Shown here piece after piece: positions 30,582-40,844 of a DNA stretch of 64,000 nt. The position numbers were made by a program, and so were the translations under genes. Origin of the DNA: Candidatus Bathyarchaeia archaeon (GTDB lineage: Archaea > Thermoproteota > Bathyarchaeia > Bathyarchaeales > Bathycorpusculaceae); assembly GCA_049521795.1 (NCBI GenBank), contig JBEKOM010000002.1, positions 128,001-192,000 on the forward strand, given 5' to 3'. The notes below the pieces were generated by a model that was not told the DNA's origin, did not search any database, and was given only the letters and a program-made list of their open reading frames with translations. Numbering within the stretch: position 1 is the stretch's first letter; every line of letters begins with the position of its first letter.

Positions 30582-30895
30582 GTTTTCTCACCTTGCCTCT
30601 TCAGATAAGTGCGACCAATATAAAGGATTTGTGTGAAATCAGTTTCAAAAGAAAGAGTCTGCCGCCAGCGCTATAGGTTTCATGGCTTATTCGGGGTTGT
30701 TGGGGCAGATGGGACCACTGGATTGGTTCGTCGACTTCCTGGTTTCAGTGATCATTATACTCGGCAGAGGCTAGCCGCAGATTGGAGAATAGCAGAGTTT
30801 TACATTGGCACGCGCTAAGGTGAATTGCTTAAACATTGACAGATAGAAATTCATAAATAGAAGTTTCACAAACCGAAATTAAGAGTGAAAGAGGT

Positions 30896-31087
30896 GTGAA
30901 ATTGGCAGGAGAACGTTTTGAAATATTCAAAGATGCGGTAGGAAAATTCAGGTTCAGACTTAGAGCTCAAAATGGGGAGATTATAGCGGAAAGTGGAGCC
31001 TACGTATCAAAAGAGAGCTGCCAAAAAGGGATAGCGTCAGTCAAGGAAAATGCTTCTAAAGCAGAAATAAAAGACTACACAGCCTAG
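30896..31087 (+). CDS. YegP/DUF1508 family protein
   Basis: FEIFKD..GKFRFRLRA.NGEIIA.S..Y..K..C..GI.SVK.NA. Confidence 0.9.
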   Translation: MKLAGERFEIFKDAVGKFRFRLRAQNGEIIAESGAYVSKESCQKGIASVKENASKAEIKDYTA

Positions 31088-31242
31088 AAACTCACACTTT
31101 CTCTTTTTTCAAACTTCTGCATCTGCCTGAGTCCCTCTGGTTCAGCCATTACTCTTGCCGAGTTTTCCCATCGGTGTCTTGTCAGCACGGTTCTACGAAG
31201 TTTTATATACGGGTCATGGCGATTTATCTCAGGGAGCCAGCT

Positions 31243-31407
31243 ATGGATATATTTTGGACGATCGTTGTCATTCTCGTGATATTGTGGGCATTGGGTTTCT
31301 TTGCAGGCGTAGGCGAACTGATACATATACTGCTTGTGATTGCCGTAATCATAGTAGTCTATCGGCTTTTGACTGGAAGACATATCTTGAGTGGACAAAA
31401 AAGATAG
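31243..31407 (+). CDS. lmo0937/DUF5670 family small membrane protein
   Basis: WTIVVILVILWALG...LIHILLVIAVI..RLLTGR. Confidence 0.8.
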   Translation: MDIFWTIVVILVILWALGFFAGVGELIHILLVIAVIIVVYRLLTGRHILSGQKR

Positions 31408-31479
31408 CGTTCACAGACCGCATCGCACCATCCAATAACTCGCGCGCCCTGGACTCACCGACTTCAATGCCTGCAGCAA

Positions 31480-31847
31480 GTGTCTGCACTGTCACAGAGT
31501 CTTGGGTTGACAGAGGAGACCTGCTTTCCGCGCATTACTGCATGAACTGCTCCATCGACTTGCTCCTCAAGACGGTCTTCGCCTTGAACAAGGAATTCTT
31601 GCCTCCACCAAAATGGAGAGTGTTCTACTTTCGAAATTTGAAATGGCTTCCCGGTAACCATGGACTCTTGAACGACGCAATCAACTTGAAAGGGCTAACG
31701 GTAGAAGATCCAAATCGGCGATTGAAGAGCCTCAGAGAAATATGGCAGGTGATCCTCGTCAAGATGCAAGAAGAAACAGGGCTCAGCTCAGATCAGATAA
31801 CCAAGTACCACGTTGAAAGGGTTCTGCACCAAACGCCGGTTCATTAA
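31480..31847 (+). pseudogene. C-terminal fragment of a nucleotidyltransferase-associated (DUF4037-like) protein
   Basis: WVDRGDLLSAH...FALNKEFLPPPKW...LKWLP; N-terminal part absent. Confidence 0.55.
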
Positions 31848-32047
31848 GGCCCACCCATAGCAATTTGACAACTCAAAGAGCGAATGGACTGAGCACGTAG
31901 AATGAACTCTTGCAAAAATCAGCATCGTTTGATGCAAATTAAACCGAGGCAAGAGCGTTCTAAGGGTTAAATTTAAGAACAGATGAAACTTTCATATACA
32001 CGAGCCGAAGCAGCTTGTTACCAGTGTCCTCTCGAGGAATCTAACAG

Positions 32048-32389
32048 TTGACGAACAAAGACTTCCACAAACTCTTTCTTCAAGCAGTAGACGGTGCCTT
32101 CTCATCGCTTGGTGATTCAGCGAGACAATCAATCTACTTCCACCTTGAAACGAGATTCAGGATGCCACGAGACGAAATTCCAGACCGTCTTGAGGATTTC
32201 GAGAATGGACTTGAGAAAATCTTCGGAGCAGGAACCAAGTTCTTAGAAATCTTGATAATGAAAAGACTCTACGAAACGATGGAACCCAAGAGAAGAATCA
32301 TGAAATGGAATGACGAGAAGGAGTTCAAATTCATCGACTACGTTAAAGCAACGGAACAGAGCTTTTACAAAAAGAAAAGGAAACCCTAG
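32048..32389 (+). CDS. DUF3227-like protein
   Basis: AVD.AFSSLG...IYFHLE..F....IP...F...LEKIFG.G. Confidence 0.75.
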   Translation: MTNKDFHKLFLQAVDGAFSSLGDSARQSIYFHLETRFRMPRDEIPDRLEDFENGLEKIFGAGTKFLEILIMKRLYETMEPKRRIMKWNDEKEFKFIDYVKATEQSFYKKKRKP

Positions 32390-32533
32390 AATCTCCTCTT
32401 TAGACTGAATTTACTACCACTGCAAGACCACAGCGCCAATTCATATTCAATTCATATTCTCAGTTCACAAACGATTTATCAAGGCTTCATCGTGTCTTAT
32501 TCTGAACATACGTTAAGTGAGCGAGGGTGACGT

Positions 32534-32869
32534 TTGCCTCAGGGAAAATTCAACAGAGTCCTATTAGACGCAATTGAGGAAGGCTTGTCCTCGCTCGGAG
32601 ATTCGCCGAGAGAGGCGATCTTCTACCATCTCGAGACCTCTTTCCGGCTGAAGAAAGAGAACATTCCGCTAAACTTGGCAGAATTCAGGCAGGCCTTGGA
32701 AAGAATATTCGGACCGGGAGCTCCATACCTTGAAAAGATCATCATAAGGTGCCTCTACGAAAGGCTGGAGCTAGGTCTTGAAGAGCCGGGACAGGTAGAC
32801 TTCGTAGTCTACGTCAACGATGCGAAGAGGCGAGTCACACGCGAAGAGGAGGTGAAACAGCATGGATAA
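32534..32869 (+). CDS. DUF3227-like protein (paralog)
   Basis: Same pattern as 32048; overlaps the receiver gene start. Confidence 0.75.
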   Translation: MPQGKFNRVLLDAIEEGLSSLGDSPREAIFYHLETSFRLKKENIPLNLAEFRQALERIFGPGAPYLEKIIIRCLYERLELGLEEPGQVDFVVYVNDAKRRVTREEEVKQHG

Positions 32870-33335
32870 AACCGTCAGAATCCTCATTGTCGACGACGAC
32901 GAAAACATTAGGAAAGTGCTTCTAGCTATACTCGAGGATAAGGGATACACAGTTGAACCTGCGGGAACGGCCAGGGAGGCAGTAGAGAAAAGCAAGAGAA
33001 AATTCTACAACCTGGCTTTAATCGACATTCGACTTCCAGACATGGAAGGGATAGAGCTTCTCACAAAGATGAGAGACACGACGCCTAAGATGCGAAAGGT
33101 AATAATCACAGGCTATCCGACGCTGCAAAACGCCGTAGACGCGGTAAACAAAGGTGCAGACGCTTACATTGTGAAGCCGTTTGACGTTGAAAAAGTCCTG
33201 GAAACGATTGATCACCAACTGAGGAAACAGCAAGAAGAGAAGAAATACAGCCAAGACAAAGTCGCAGAATTCATAGAGGCAAGAGTCAAGGAAATGGGCA
33301 TGGAAACTGAAGTAGCAGAAAAACAAAGGCGATAA
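32862..33335 (+). CDS. Response regulator receiver protein
   Basis: ILIVDDD, LIDIRLPDMEG, ITG, YIVKPF. Confidence 0.92.
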   Translation: MDKTVRILIVDDDENIRKVLLAILEDKGYTVEPAGTAREAVEKSKRKFYNLALIDIRLPDMEGIELLTKMRDTTPKMRKVIITGYPTLQNAVDAVNKGADAYIVKPFDVEKVLETIDHQLRKQQEEKKYSQDKVAEFIEARVKEMGMETEVAEKQRR

Positions 33336-33413
33336 GAGTCGATCCTAAACACTTTCAATCCTTTCTTTGCCTTCATGTCCCAGAGGTTCCCCCTTAATCA
33401 TCAGAAGGTTTTG

Positions 33414-34309
33414 TTAGCTTTTTCCCATGAAATTCTTGCGTAGGAACTTGACATGATGGCCAACTTCGAACCCTATGTTCCGCAACAAAGTGACAGACGG
33501 AACGTTGAGCTCCGACGTGTGTAAGACCGCTGTGTCCATTCCTTTTTCAAAGAGAAAGTTCATTGCCCGAACTGTGAGAGCAGACGCGAGTTTTTTCGAA
33601 CGAAACTCGGGGACCGTTGCTGCTGGACCGAGATAGCCTCGCCTTCCACCGAAGAGCGTATTGTATTTCACGGCGGGCATTGCAACGACGACAGACAGTA
33701 TTCTGTCTTCGAGCGTTGCTAAATGAACCCATTCTTCGTCGAAGGGAGGGGACTCAACCTTGCCCTTCTCAACAAAGCCCTGCTTTAGCCTTTCCCATCC
33801 AAACACCGAGTTCACAGTTTCGACAACCTTTTTTTCCTCCTTAGGTCTCGAGCTGCGAATGGTTACACCCTCTGGGGCGGCGGGAAGCGGCCGAACACAC
33901 TCGAGCTTTGCAATCATCTGGTACAGACCGCCCTCAGGCTTGTATCCCCTCTCTATCCAATCACTGGTCCTTGGACTTCCAGCGTCGACTGACGCGAAAA
34001 CAGTTTCCCCGTGGACGCACTTCTCAACCTGCGATACCAGCGTGTTTTCTACGAGTTTTCGGTCGGGCATCGGTTGAACAACAAGCCACCTGATCTCCTC
34101 GCCCCAAAAGCCGTCGTTGTACGTCACGGAGCCCACAGCCTCACCGTTCTCATCGGCAATCAGAATTTAAACTTCCCTTCTTGAATTCTAACGAGCACAT
34201 CGTCTTCCGTGAGCGGAATGTATTCATATGATCCTTCGTTCATCTCATTCAGAAGTTTGACGAGCGCTGACACATCCTTCTTCACGAAGTCTCGAATTTG
34301 AACAGGCAT
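33414..34309 (-). pseudogene. Tandem GNAT acetyltransferase, frameshifted
   Basis: N-terminus MPVQIRDFVKKD... (ATG 34309) joins ILIADENGEAVGS by one missing base near 34168; span 896 nt = 3n-1. Confidence 0.75.
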
Positions 34310-34450
34310 GGTTTGTCTTGATCAGAGGCGGTTGAAAACGTAATAAACGTTTAGATACCTTTCAATTGAGACTGTCCATAGCTCTTCGAAAAGAGCCGCT
34401 TTGGCAAGATTTAAATTCTCCTCCCTGTCTCTGTGCCCTGAGTGATGCCT

Positions 34451-34771
34451 ATGGCGTTTTGCTCGAAGTGTGGCGAAAAAGTACCTGAAGAAGCGTATTT
34501 CTGCCCAAAACGCGGTTTCAGAACCAGAAAAGGCGTTGAGGCCGGCGTTGCTGCCCCTATAGAGGATGTGAGAGAAGCCTTCGCTAAGATGGAAAAGCAA
34601 CTTGAAAAAGCATTCACAACCGCCTCAAAAGAGGTGCAGAAGGCGTTCAAAACCGTAACAGAAAACGTCAAAGAAAAAGGTTTTGCAAGACAAGTTGTTT
34701 GCACAAGCTGCGGAGAAAAGAATCCAAGTGGCGCCAGCTTCTGTTACAAATGCGGCAAAAAGATTGACTGA
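34451..34771 (+). CDS. Double zinc-ribbon protein
   Basis: CSKCG...FCPKRG and CTSCG...FCYKCG. Confidence 0.85.
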   Translation: MAFCSKCGEKVPEEAYFCPKRGFRTRKGVEAGVAAPIEDVREAFAKMEKQLEKAFTTASKEVQKAFKTVTENVKEKGFARQVVCTSCGEKNPSGASFCYKCGKKID

Positions 34772-34826
34772 TGATGCTCGAATAGATGATGTCATTGGCA
34801 CAAAATTGAGTCGACAGGTGAAAAGT

Positions 34827-35327
34827 TTGAAATGGGTGACTCGCGAGCACGTACACGTGGACAGAACAGCTTGCCCTTGGCTTATAAAGAATTTCGTTGA
34901 TCCAAAAGCAGAGTTCATTTTTGTTCCCATCGAGAAAATCGAAGAAGTCGCCAAAAAGGAGAAGGCAACTCCTTATGATGCTCCGGGAGTCGAGCTGGGA
35001 CACCACGGAGACAAGTCCAGTTTCGACGCAGTTGTTGAGAAGTACGAAATCAAAGACCCCGTGGTACAGGAACTCGCAAAGATCGTGCGAGCCGCAGACA
35101 CAGGTAAACCTGGCGCACTAGAAGCAGCAGGACTCGACGCTGTAATGACAGGAATCTCGATGGCTGCAAAAGATGATCACGAAGCAATAAACAAGGCCTC
35201 CGTCGTGTACGATGCTCTGTACACCTTCTGCAAACTGAAACTGATAAGTGAAAAGCACAAGGCTGAGATTGAAAAACTGGATAGAAGACAGCGCAGAGAG
35301 TTTCTCAGGAAGAAGCTGCAGAAATAG
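34827..35327 (+). CDS. ChrB-like chromate resistance domain protein
   Basis: KWVTREHVHVDRTACPWLIKNFVDPKAEF; TTG after AGGTGA. Confidence 0.85.
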   Translation: MKWVTREHVHVDRTACPWLIKNFVDPKAEFIFVPIEKIEEVAKKEKATPYDAPGVELGHHGDKSSFDAVVEKYEIKDPVVQELAKIVRAADTGKPGALEAAGLDAVMTGISMAAKDDHEAINKASVVYDALYTFCKLKLISEKHKAEIEKLDRRQRREFLRKKLQK

Positions 35328-35409
35328 GCTAGGAAGGGCGTCCAGACAATTCTCCTTATGACTCTAGTTTTATTAAGCCAGCGTTTTGCATATTCAAGCT
35401 GATGTGTGA

Positions 35410-36687
35410 ATGAACTTTCGTTCCAAGGGTACGAAGGAAATCGTCTTCTTGACTGTCTGTGTCATGGGGCTTCTCGCGATCCTCAGCTCCACTATGTCGA
35501 AGACGCCGGTGCTGCCCTACTTCGCCGGTTACCTTAACACCCCGGGATTCTGGGAGGGATTTGTCTATTCCGCATCGACCATTCCGGGAATACTGATCAG
35601 CCTGCCAGCTGGCTCTCTCTCAGATGTTCTGGGAAGAAGGAAGATGTTACTGATTTCAAGCCTCATCTTTGCTTCAGCCCCCTTCCTGTATCTCCTAGTA
35701 AATCTCTGGTGGCAACTTGCCCTCGTGCGTTTCTACCATGGATTCGCAACCGCAATGTTTGTTCCCGTCGCTGAAGCCCTAGTCACGGAGGCTTATCCCA
35801 CTAGACGCGGAGAACGGATCTCGCTCTTCTCTTCCGCCACGGTCATTGGCAGAAGTATTGCTCCCCTGCTTGGAAGCACGATCCTGGTTGTCACGAACCC
35901 AGGACTTCTTCCCGAGCAGTATTCGAATTTTCATGGTCTCTACCTAGCTGTAGGCGTCGTAGGGGTGACCGTCTTCATCACCTCATTGCCTTTTCTGGGA
36001 AAAAACAAGACTGTTGCTGATGTCAAGAAATCAACAAAGGTAGACCTAGGGAAACTGATCCGCGGATGGAAAGACATTGCCAAAACTCATGGCGTGCTCG
36101 CGGTGAGCTTGGTTGAGGCGGGCCAATACTACACGTATGCTTCCATAGAATCCTTCTTCATTAAGTACATGACGTATGTCGCGTTCATCGATGGATTTTC
36201 GCAGGGTGTGATAATGTTCAGCCTAGTGATTGTTGTCGTGCTTTCTAAGCCTCTCATTGGCAGACTTTCAGACAAGACTGGCAGGCGAACGCCAATCGTT
36301 CTCGGCTGCATAGTCAGCTCCATCCCTGTTATTGCGGTGCCCTTTTTCACGCAGTTCTCCGCCTTGTTGATTCTCGCAATGGCCTATGGTTTAGGATTCT
36401 CAATAGTCACCTCTGCAACTACCGCGTTAGTCAGCGAGCTTGTGCCACTCGAAGCCTGCGGAGGCGCCATGGGATTTATAAGTACCCTCATGGATGTGGG
36501 ACAGACGCTCGGACCGATAATCTGCGGCGTCATACTCAGCACGTTCCTGGGATACTTGGGCATCTTTTTCTCCCTCATGATCGTATTGCTGTCAACCGCC
36601 GCAGCGTTTGCGCTGTTTGGAATTGGCCGTTCAGACTCTGAACCTAAAGTTTGTCAAACAGGCAACGAGAAGAAGGTACTGTCGTGA
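35410..36687 (+). CDS. MFS transporter
   Basis: GSLSDVLGRR and GRLSDKTGRR motif A; about 12 TM. Confidence 0.92.
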   Translation: MNFRSKGTKEIVFLTVCVMGLLAILSSTMSKTPVLPYFAGYLNTPGFWEGFVYSASTIPGILISLPAGSLSDVLGRRKMLLISSLIFASAPFLYLLVNLWWQLALVRFYHGFATAMFVPVAEALVTEAYPTRRGERISLFSSATVIGRSIAPLLGSTILVVTNPGLLPEQYSNFHGLYLAVGVVGVTVFITSLPFLGKNKTVADVKKSTKVDLGKLIRGWKDIAKTHGVLAVSLVEAGQYYTYASIESFFIKYMTYVAFIDGFSQGVIMFSLVIVVVLSKPLIGRLSDKTGRRTPIVLGCIVSSIPVIAVPFFTQFSALLILAMAYGLGFSIVTSATTALVSELVPLEACGGAMGFISTLMDVGQTLGPIICGVILSTFLGYLGIFFSLMIVLLSTAAAFALFGIGRSDSEPKVCQTGNEKKVLS

Positions 36688-37193
36688 TCATCATCAGCCA
36701 GCGTCTCAAAATCGTTCCTGCAAAAAGGCTTGAACACCTGACGTTCAACCTGTTCAACTTTAATTTCTTCAGAAGAAGCGAACGTGGGAGGGCCATGCTC
36801 TTTTTTGGGAACTCAGGACAGCTAGCTATGCTAATCGCTGTCCCCTACATCCTAGGATGCGAGCTTGCCTTTTTCAGAGAGGAGAGATACTTCGTCAAGT
36901 TGAAAAATCAAGTAGTCGGCGTTTTCGTCCTCCGCGAGAGATCTGACGCCTTATACGTGGGAAGCTTGGGCGTAGCACCCGAATACAGAAAACGTGGCAT
37001 AGCCACCTTCATTCTAAGCCACTGCACGCAAGTCGCAAAGAGGCTCGGCAAGAAATGGCTAGAACTCACCGTTTTGAAGACGAACATTCCTGCGAGGCAG
37101 CTTTACGAGAGATTTGGCTTCTCGGATGAAGAGGAAAGGAAATGGTCTTTTGTGATGAGAAAAGGAATACACAACAGCAATGAACTCAGCTAG
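36684..37193 (+). CDS. GNAT family acetyltransferase
   Basis: LGVAPEYRKRGIA, NIPARQLYERFGF; start uncertain. Confidence 0.82.
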   Translation: MIIISQRLKIVPAKRLEHLTFNLFNFNFFRRSERGRAMLFFGNSGQLAMLIAVPYILGCELAFFREERYFVKLKNQVVGVFVLRERSDALYVGSLGVAPEYRKRGIATFILSHCTQVAKRLGKKWLELTVLKTNIPARQLYERFGFSDEEERKWSFVMRKGIHNSNELS

Positions 37194-37361
37194 AAAGCAG
37201 TTCGATGCGAAAATCTTAAACACCTTCGGTGTTGGCAAGAAATGAGGCCCTTTTGCCTAGATACACCTTCTTTGATAACCTCGTTTGTTGGTGATTATGT
37301 TCACATCGAACATGACCAACCTGCATGTTCTCCAGATAAATTCAACCTTATTGTAGAAAGA

Positions 37362-37424
37362 CCTTAAATAAGTAAACGCTAGATACAGCGTTCGCCTCAG
37401 TTGTGAAACACTAACAACTTGCAG
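37362..37424 (+). promoter_or_regulatory. nrd promoter: TATA plus NrdR-box-like palindrome(s)
   Basis: CTTAAATA (37363-37370) followed by ACGCTAGATACAGCGT (37376-37391); weaker second box at about 37408-37424. Confidence 0.65.
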
Positions 37425-37444
37425 AGCGCATACGTGGTGATGCT

Positions 37445-37891
37445 TTGAAGTGTCCTTACTGTGGGTCTGAAAACCTGAAAACTCTCGAAACGAGGGATTC
37501 GCCTGACAACGCGGTCAGAAGACGCAAGGAGTGTGGAGACTGCGAGAGACGGTTCACGACGTACGAGTACATAGAAACGGTTGAGTTGATAGTGAAGAAG
37601 AGGGACGGCAGGCCGGAGCGCTTTGACCTCAACAAGATCATCAGAGGTCTGCAGAAAGCCTGCGAGAAAAGACCCGTGACGATGGAGCGGATCCACGAGC
37701 TGGCAGAGCAGGTCAGGCAAGATCTGATGGCGCCTGGAAAAGAGGAAGTGAGCTCCGAAGAGATCGGGGATTTGGTCATGAAACATCTGAAGAAACTTGA
37801 CCGAGTAGCCTACATCAGGTTCGCCTCGGTCTACAGAAAGTTCGAGGAACCTGAAGATTTCCAGAGATTGCTCAAAGAGGTAAAAGCATGA
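37445..37891 (+). CDS. nrdR: Transcriptional repressor NrdR
   Basis: MKCPYC...RRRKEC..C..RFTTYE, ATP cone, VAYIRFASVY. Confidence 0.96.
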   Translation: MKCPYCGSENLKTLETRDSPDNAVRRRKECGDCERRFTTYEYIETVELIVKKRDGRPERFDLNKIIRGLQKACEKRPVTMERIHELAEQVRQDLMAPGKEEVSSEEIGDLVMKHLKKLDRVAYIRFASVYRKFEEPEDFQRLLKEVKA

Positions 37892-40020
37892 AGTCTGTGA
37901 GAAAACGTGATGGAAAGTTAGAATCCTTTGACCAAGAACGTATAACAAGCGCGATTTGGAAGGCGGCCAAAGCTGTCGGGGGAAAAGACCGCGAGCTGGC
38001 GAAAATGCTCAGCGGTCAGGTAATGGCTCAGCTGAGCCTTCATTTTGGCGAAGACGGTGTTCCCACGGTGGAGGAGATTCAGGACCTGGTTGAAAAAACG
38101 CTCATAGAGAACGGCCATGCAAGAACGGCGAAAGCCTATATCCTGTACCGAAAACAGCATCAGGACCAAAGAGAACTCGCTGCACTCTTGAGCGATGCAG
38201 ACCTTGTGGACCAATATCTGGAGATAGAGGACTGGCGTGTCCGAGAAAACTCCAACATGAGCTATTCACTGCAGGGTTTGAACAATTATCTCTCATCAAC
38301 TGTCATCGCGAAATACTGGATCAGCAGAATCTACCCTCTGAACATCGCAGACGCTCACTTTTCCGGCGATATGCATATCCACGACCTCGGAGTGCTAGGC
38401 GCGTACTGCGTTGGCTGGGACCTAAGGGAACTGCTAACGTCGGGGTTCGGAGGAGTTTCAGGAAAGATCGAGAGCAAGCCGGCTAACCATTTTAGGACGG
38501 CGCTAGGGCAGATTGTCAACTTTTTCTACACTCTTCAAGGCGAAGCCGCAGGAGCTCAGGCCTTCAGCACGTTCGACACGTATCTCGCGCCGTTCATCCG
38601 TCACGACGGCCTGAATCAGAAAGAGGTTGAACAGGGACTGCAGGAATTCTTCTTCAACATGAACGTGCCCACGCGCGTGGGTTTCCAGACGCCCTTCACA
38701 AACGTTACTTTGGACATGACCGTTCCAGATTACATAAAGAATGAGTCTGTAATAATCGGTGGAAAACAGACTAATGCCGCCTACGGAGATATGCAGGCAG
38801 AAATGGACATGTTCAACGCCGCTTTCGCAGACGTGATGAGCCAGGGCGACTCTAAGGCAAGAGTGTTCACTTTTCCGATACCAACGTACTGTGTCACAAA
38901 GGATTTCGACTGGGAATCCTCCATTGCCCGGAAAATCTTCGAGGTCACGGCCAAGTATGGAGTGCCTTACTTCTCCAATTTCATCAACACCGACATGAAG
39001 CCTGAGGACGTCCGAAGCATGTGTTGCCGACTCAGAATCGACAATCGCGAACTGCGCAATCGGGGCGGCGGTTTCTTCGGCGCAAACCCGTTGACGGGGT
39101 CAATAGGCGTTGTGACCCTGAACCTGCCGAGGATCGGGTACTTGGCGAAGGATGAGGACGAATTCTTTGAACGGCTGGAAGCTCTTATGCAAGTTGCCAA
39201 AGACAGCTTGGAAATAAAAAGGAAGGTCCTGGAGACGTTCACTGAAAACGGATTATACCCGTATTCAAAGCGTTATCTTCAGAGCGTCAAAGCGAAACAC
39301 GGCCGCTACTGGCGAAACCACTTCTCAACCATCGGCATACTAGGCATGAATGAGGCGATTCTGAACCTGTTCGGCGTGAGCATCGTCTCGGGCGACGGAA
39401 CAGACTTTGCGATCAGGACGCTTAAGTTCATGCGCAACAGGCTTCTAGAGTATCAGGATGAAACAGACAACATGTACAATCTTGAGGCCACTCCGGCTGA
39501 GGGAACCAGCTACAGACTGGCAAGGATTGACAGAAAGAGGTACCCCGACATCATTGCTGCTAATCAGAAAAACGTGGTGAACGGCGCAGAACCCTTTTAC
39601 ACCAATTCTTCGCAGTTGCCAGTCGATTTTGAGGGTGACCTGTTTGAAGCGTTGGAGCATCAAGACAGACTGCAGACGCTTTACACTGGCGGCACAGTCT
39701 TCCACATCTTTCTGGGCGAGCGGCTTCCTTCATGGAAGGCCTCGGCGGAACTCATTAAGAAAGCCGCTTGGAGTTCGCATCTGCCTTATTTCACGCTTAC
39801 ACCGACTTTCAGCATATGTCCAAGCCACGGCTACATAAAGGGTGAACACAAGCAATGTCCAACTTGTGGAGCAAAGTGCGAAGTGTACTCAAGAGTTGTT
39901 GGCTACCTAAGGCCTGTGGACCAATGGAACGACGGCAAACAGGCGGAGTTTGCCATACGGAAAACCTTTGACAAGTCTGCAGTCATGACCGCGGTTCCAA
40001 CCCAAGTGATAAGCCAATGA
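37888..40020 (+). CDS. nrdD: Anaerobic (class III) ribonucleoside-triphosphate reductase
   Basis: ATP cone, HIHDL, SMCCRL, ATPAEG, SRVVGYLRP glycyl-radical motif. Confidence 0.96.
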   Translation: MKSVRKRDGKLESFDQERITSAIWKAAKAVGGKDRELAKMLSGQVMAQLSLHFGEDGVPTVEEIQDLVEKTLIENGHARTAKAYILYRKQHQDQRELAALLSDADLVDQYLEIEDWRVRENSNMSYSLQGLNNYLSSTVIAKYWISRIYPLNIADAHFSGDMHIHDLGVLGAYCVGWDLRELLTSGFGGVSGKIESKPANHFRTALGQIVNFFYTLQGEAAGAQAFSTFDTYLAPFIRHDGLNQKEVEQGLQEFFFNMNVPTRVGFQTPFTNVTLDMTVPDYIKNESVIIGGKQTNAAYGDMQAEMDMFNAAFADVMSQGDSKARVFTFPIPTYCVTKDFDWESSIARKIFEVTAKYGVPYFSNFINTDMKPEDVRSMCCRLRIDNRELRNRGGGFFGANPLTGSIGVVTLNLPRIGYLAKDEDEFFERLEALMQVAKDSLEIKRKVLETFTENGLYPYSKRYLQSVKAKHGRYWRNHFSTIGILGMNEAILNLFGVSIVSGDGTDFAIRTLKFMRNRLLEYQDETDNMYNLEATPAEGTSYRLARIDRKRYPDIIAANQKNVVNGAEPFYTNSSQLPVDFEGDLFEALEHQDRLQTLYTGGTVFHIFLGERLPSWKASAELIKKAAWSSHLPYFTLTPTFSICPSHGYIKGEHKQCPTCGAKCEVYSRVVGYLRPVDQWNDGKQAEFAIRKTFDKSAVMTAVPTQVISQ

Positions 40021-40694
40021 AGTTCAGTGGAATTCAAAAAACCAGTCTGACGGATTTTCCAGGCAGAATATGCTCTGTGCTCTTCACGCCTGGCTGCAAC
40101 CTGCGCTGCCCCTTCTGCCACAACTGGCGCATAGTGGTCAACCCTCAACCACCCTTTCTCAACGAGGAAACGACCCTGAAAATTCTTGAAGAACGCAAAA
40201 AATACGTTGACGCAGTCGTGGTCACCGGCGGAGAACCGACGATCCACAAGGAGCTGCCCAGGTTCTTGAAGAAGCTGAAAGACAGGGGGTTTGCAGTGAA
40301 ATTGGACACCAACGGATTGGACTCTCACATGCTGGAAGAGTGCTTGCAAAGCGTGGATTACGTAGCGTTGGATGTGAAAACGAGCCTGGAGAAATACATG
40401 CTGCTGGGAGCCAGAGACACGGCTGAACTTGTGCGCGCAATGGACATCTTGAAGATGGGCAAAGTCGAGTACGAGTTCAGAACAACGGTCGTGCCGGGCT
40501 TCTTTGAACCTGCAGACGTGTGCGCCATGAGTGGGCTTGTCAACGGCGCAAGAGCATGGGCCTTGCAGCAGTTCGTGCCAGGAGACACGCTTGACAAGAG
40601 CCTGAATGCACTGAAACCGTACACGCCGGAAGCAATGTCCAAGTATGCTGAAGGCATCAGAAACTATGCTGAGGAAATAATTCTTCGAACCTAG
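40017..40694 (+). CDS. nrdG: Anaerobic RNR activating radical SAM protein
   Basis: GCNLRCPFCHN, TGGEP, KLDTNG; ATGA overlap with nrdD. Confidence 0.93.
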   Translation: MKFSGIQKTSLTDFPGRICSVLFTPGCNLRCPFCHNWRIVVNPQPPFLNEETTLKILEERKKYVDAVVVTGGEPTIHKELPRFLKKLKDRGFAVKLDTNGLDSHMLEECLQSVDYVALDVKTSLEKYMLLGARDTAELVRAMDILKMGKVEYEFRTTVVPGFFEPADVCAMSGLVNGARAWALQQFVPGDTLDKSLNALKPYTPEAMSKYAEGIRNYAEEIILRT

Positions 40695-40844
40695 TTATCG
40701 AAGGTTTGCCCGGTTCACCATTCGACATAAACGACATTTCCACGAGTGATTTCTTCATGATCACCATTCCATCAGTATCAAGCGTAAGGTTTAAGGGTTA
40801 ACGGGTTGTTTAGGTTTGGAATGTTCTGTAACGAGGCTTAAGCT

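Noticed and set aside
30004-31847. Long ORFs 30004-30591 (-), 30238-30636 (+) and 31155-31847 (+) as whole genes
   Set aside because: Shadow or chimeric frames overlapping better-supported small genes and fragments
34160-34175. Programmed -1 ribosomal frameshift in the GNAT gene
   Set aside because: TTTAAAT is not in the X_XXY_YYZ phase relative to the upstream frame
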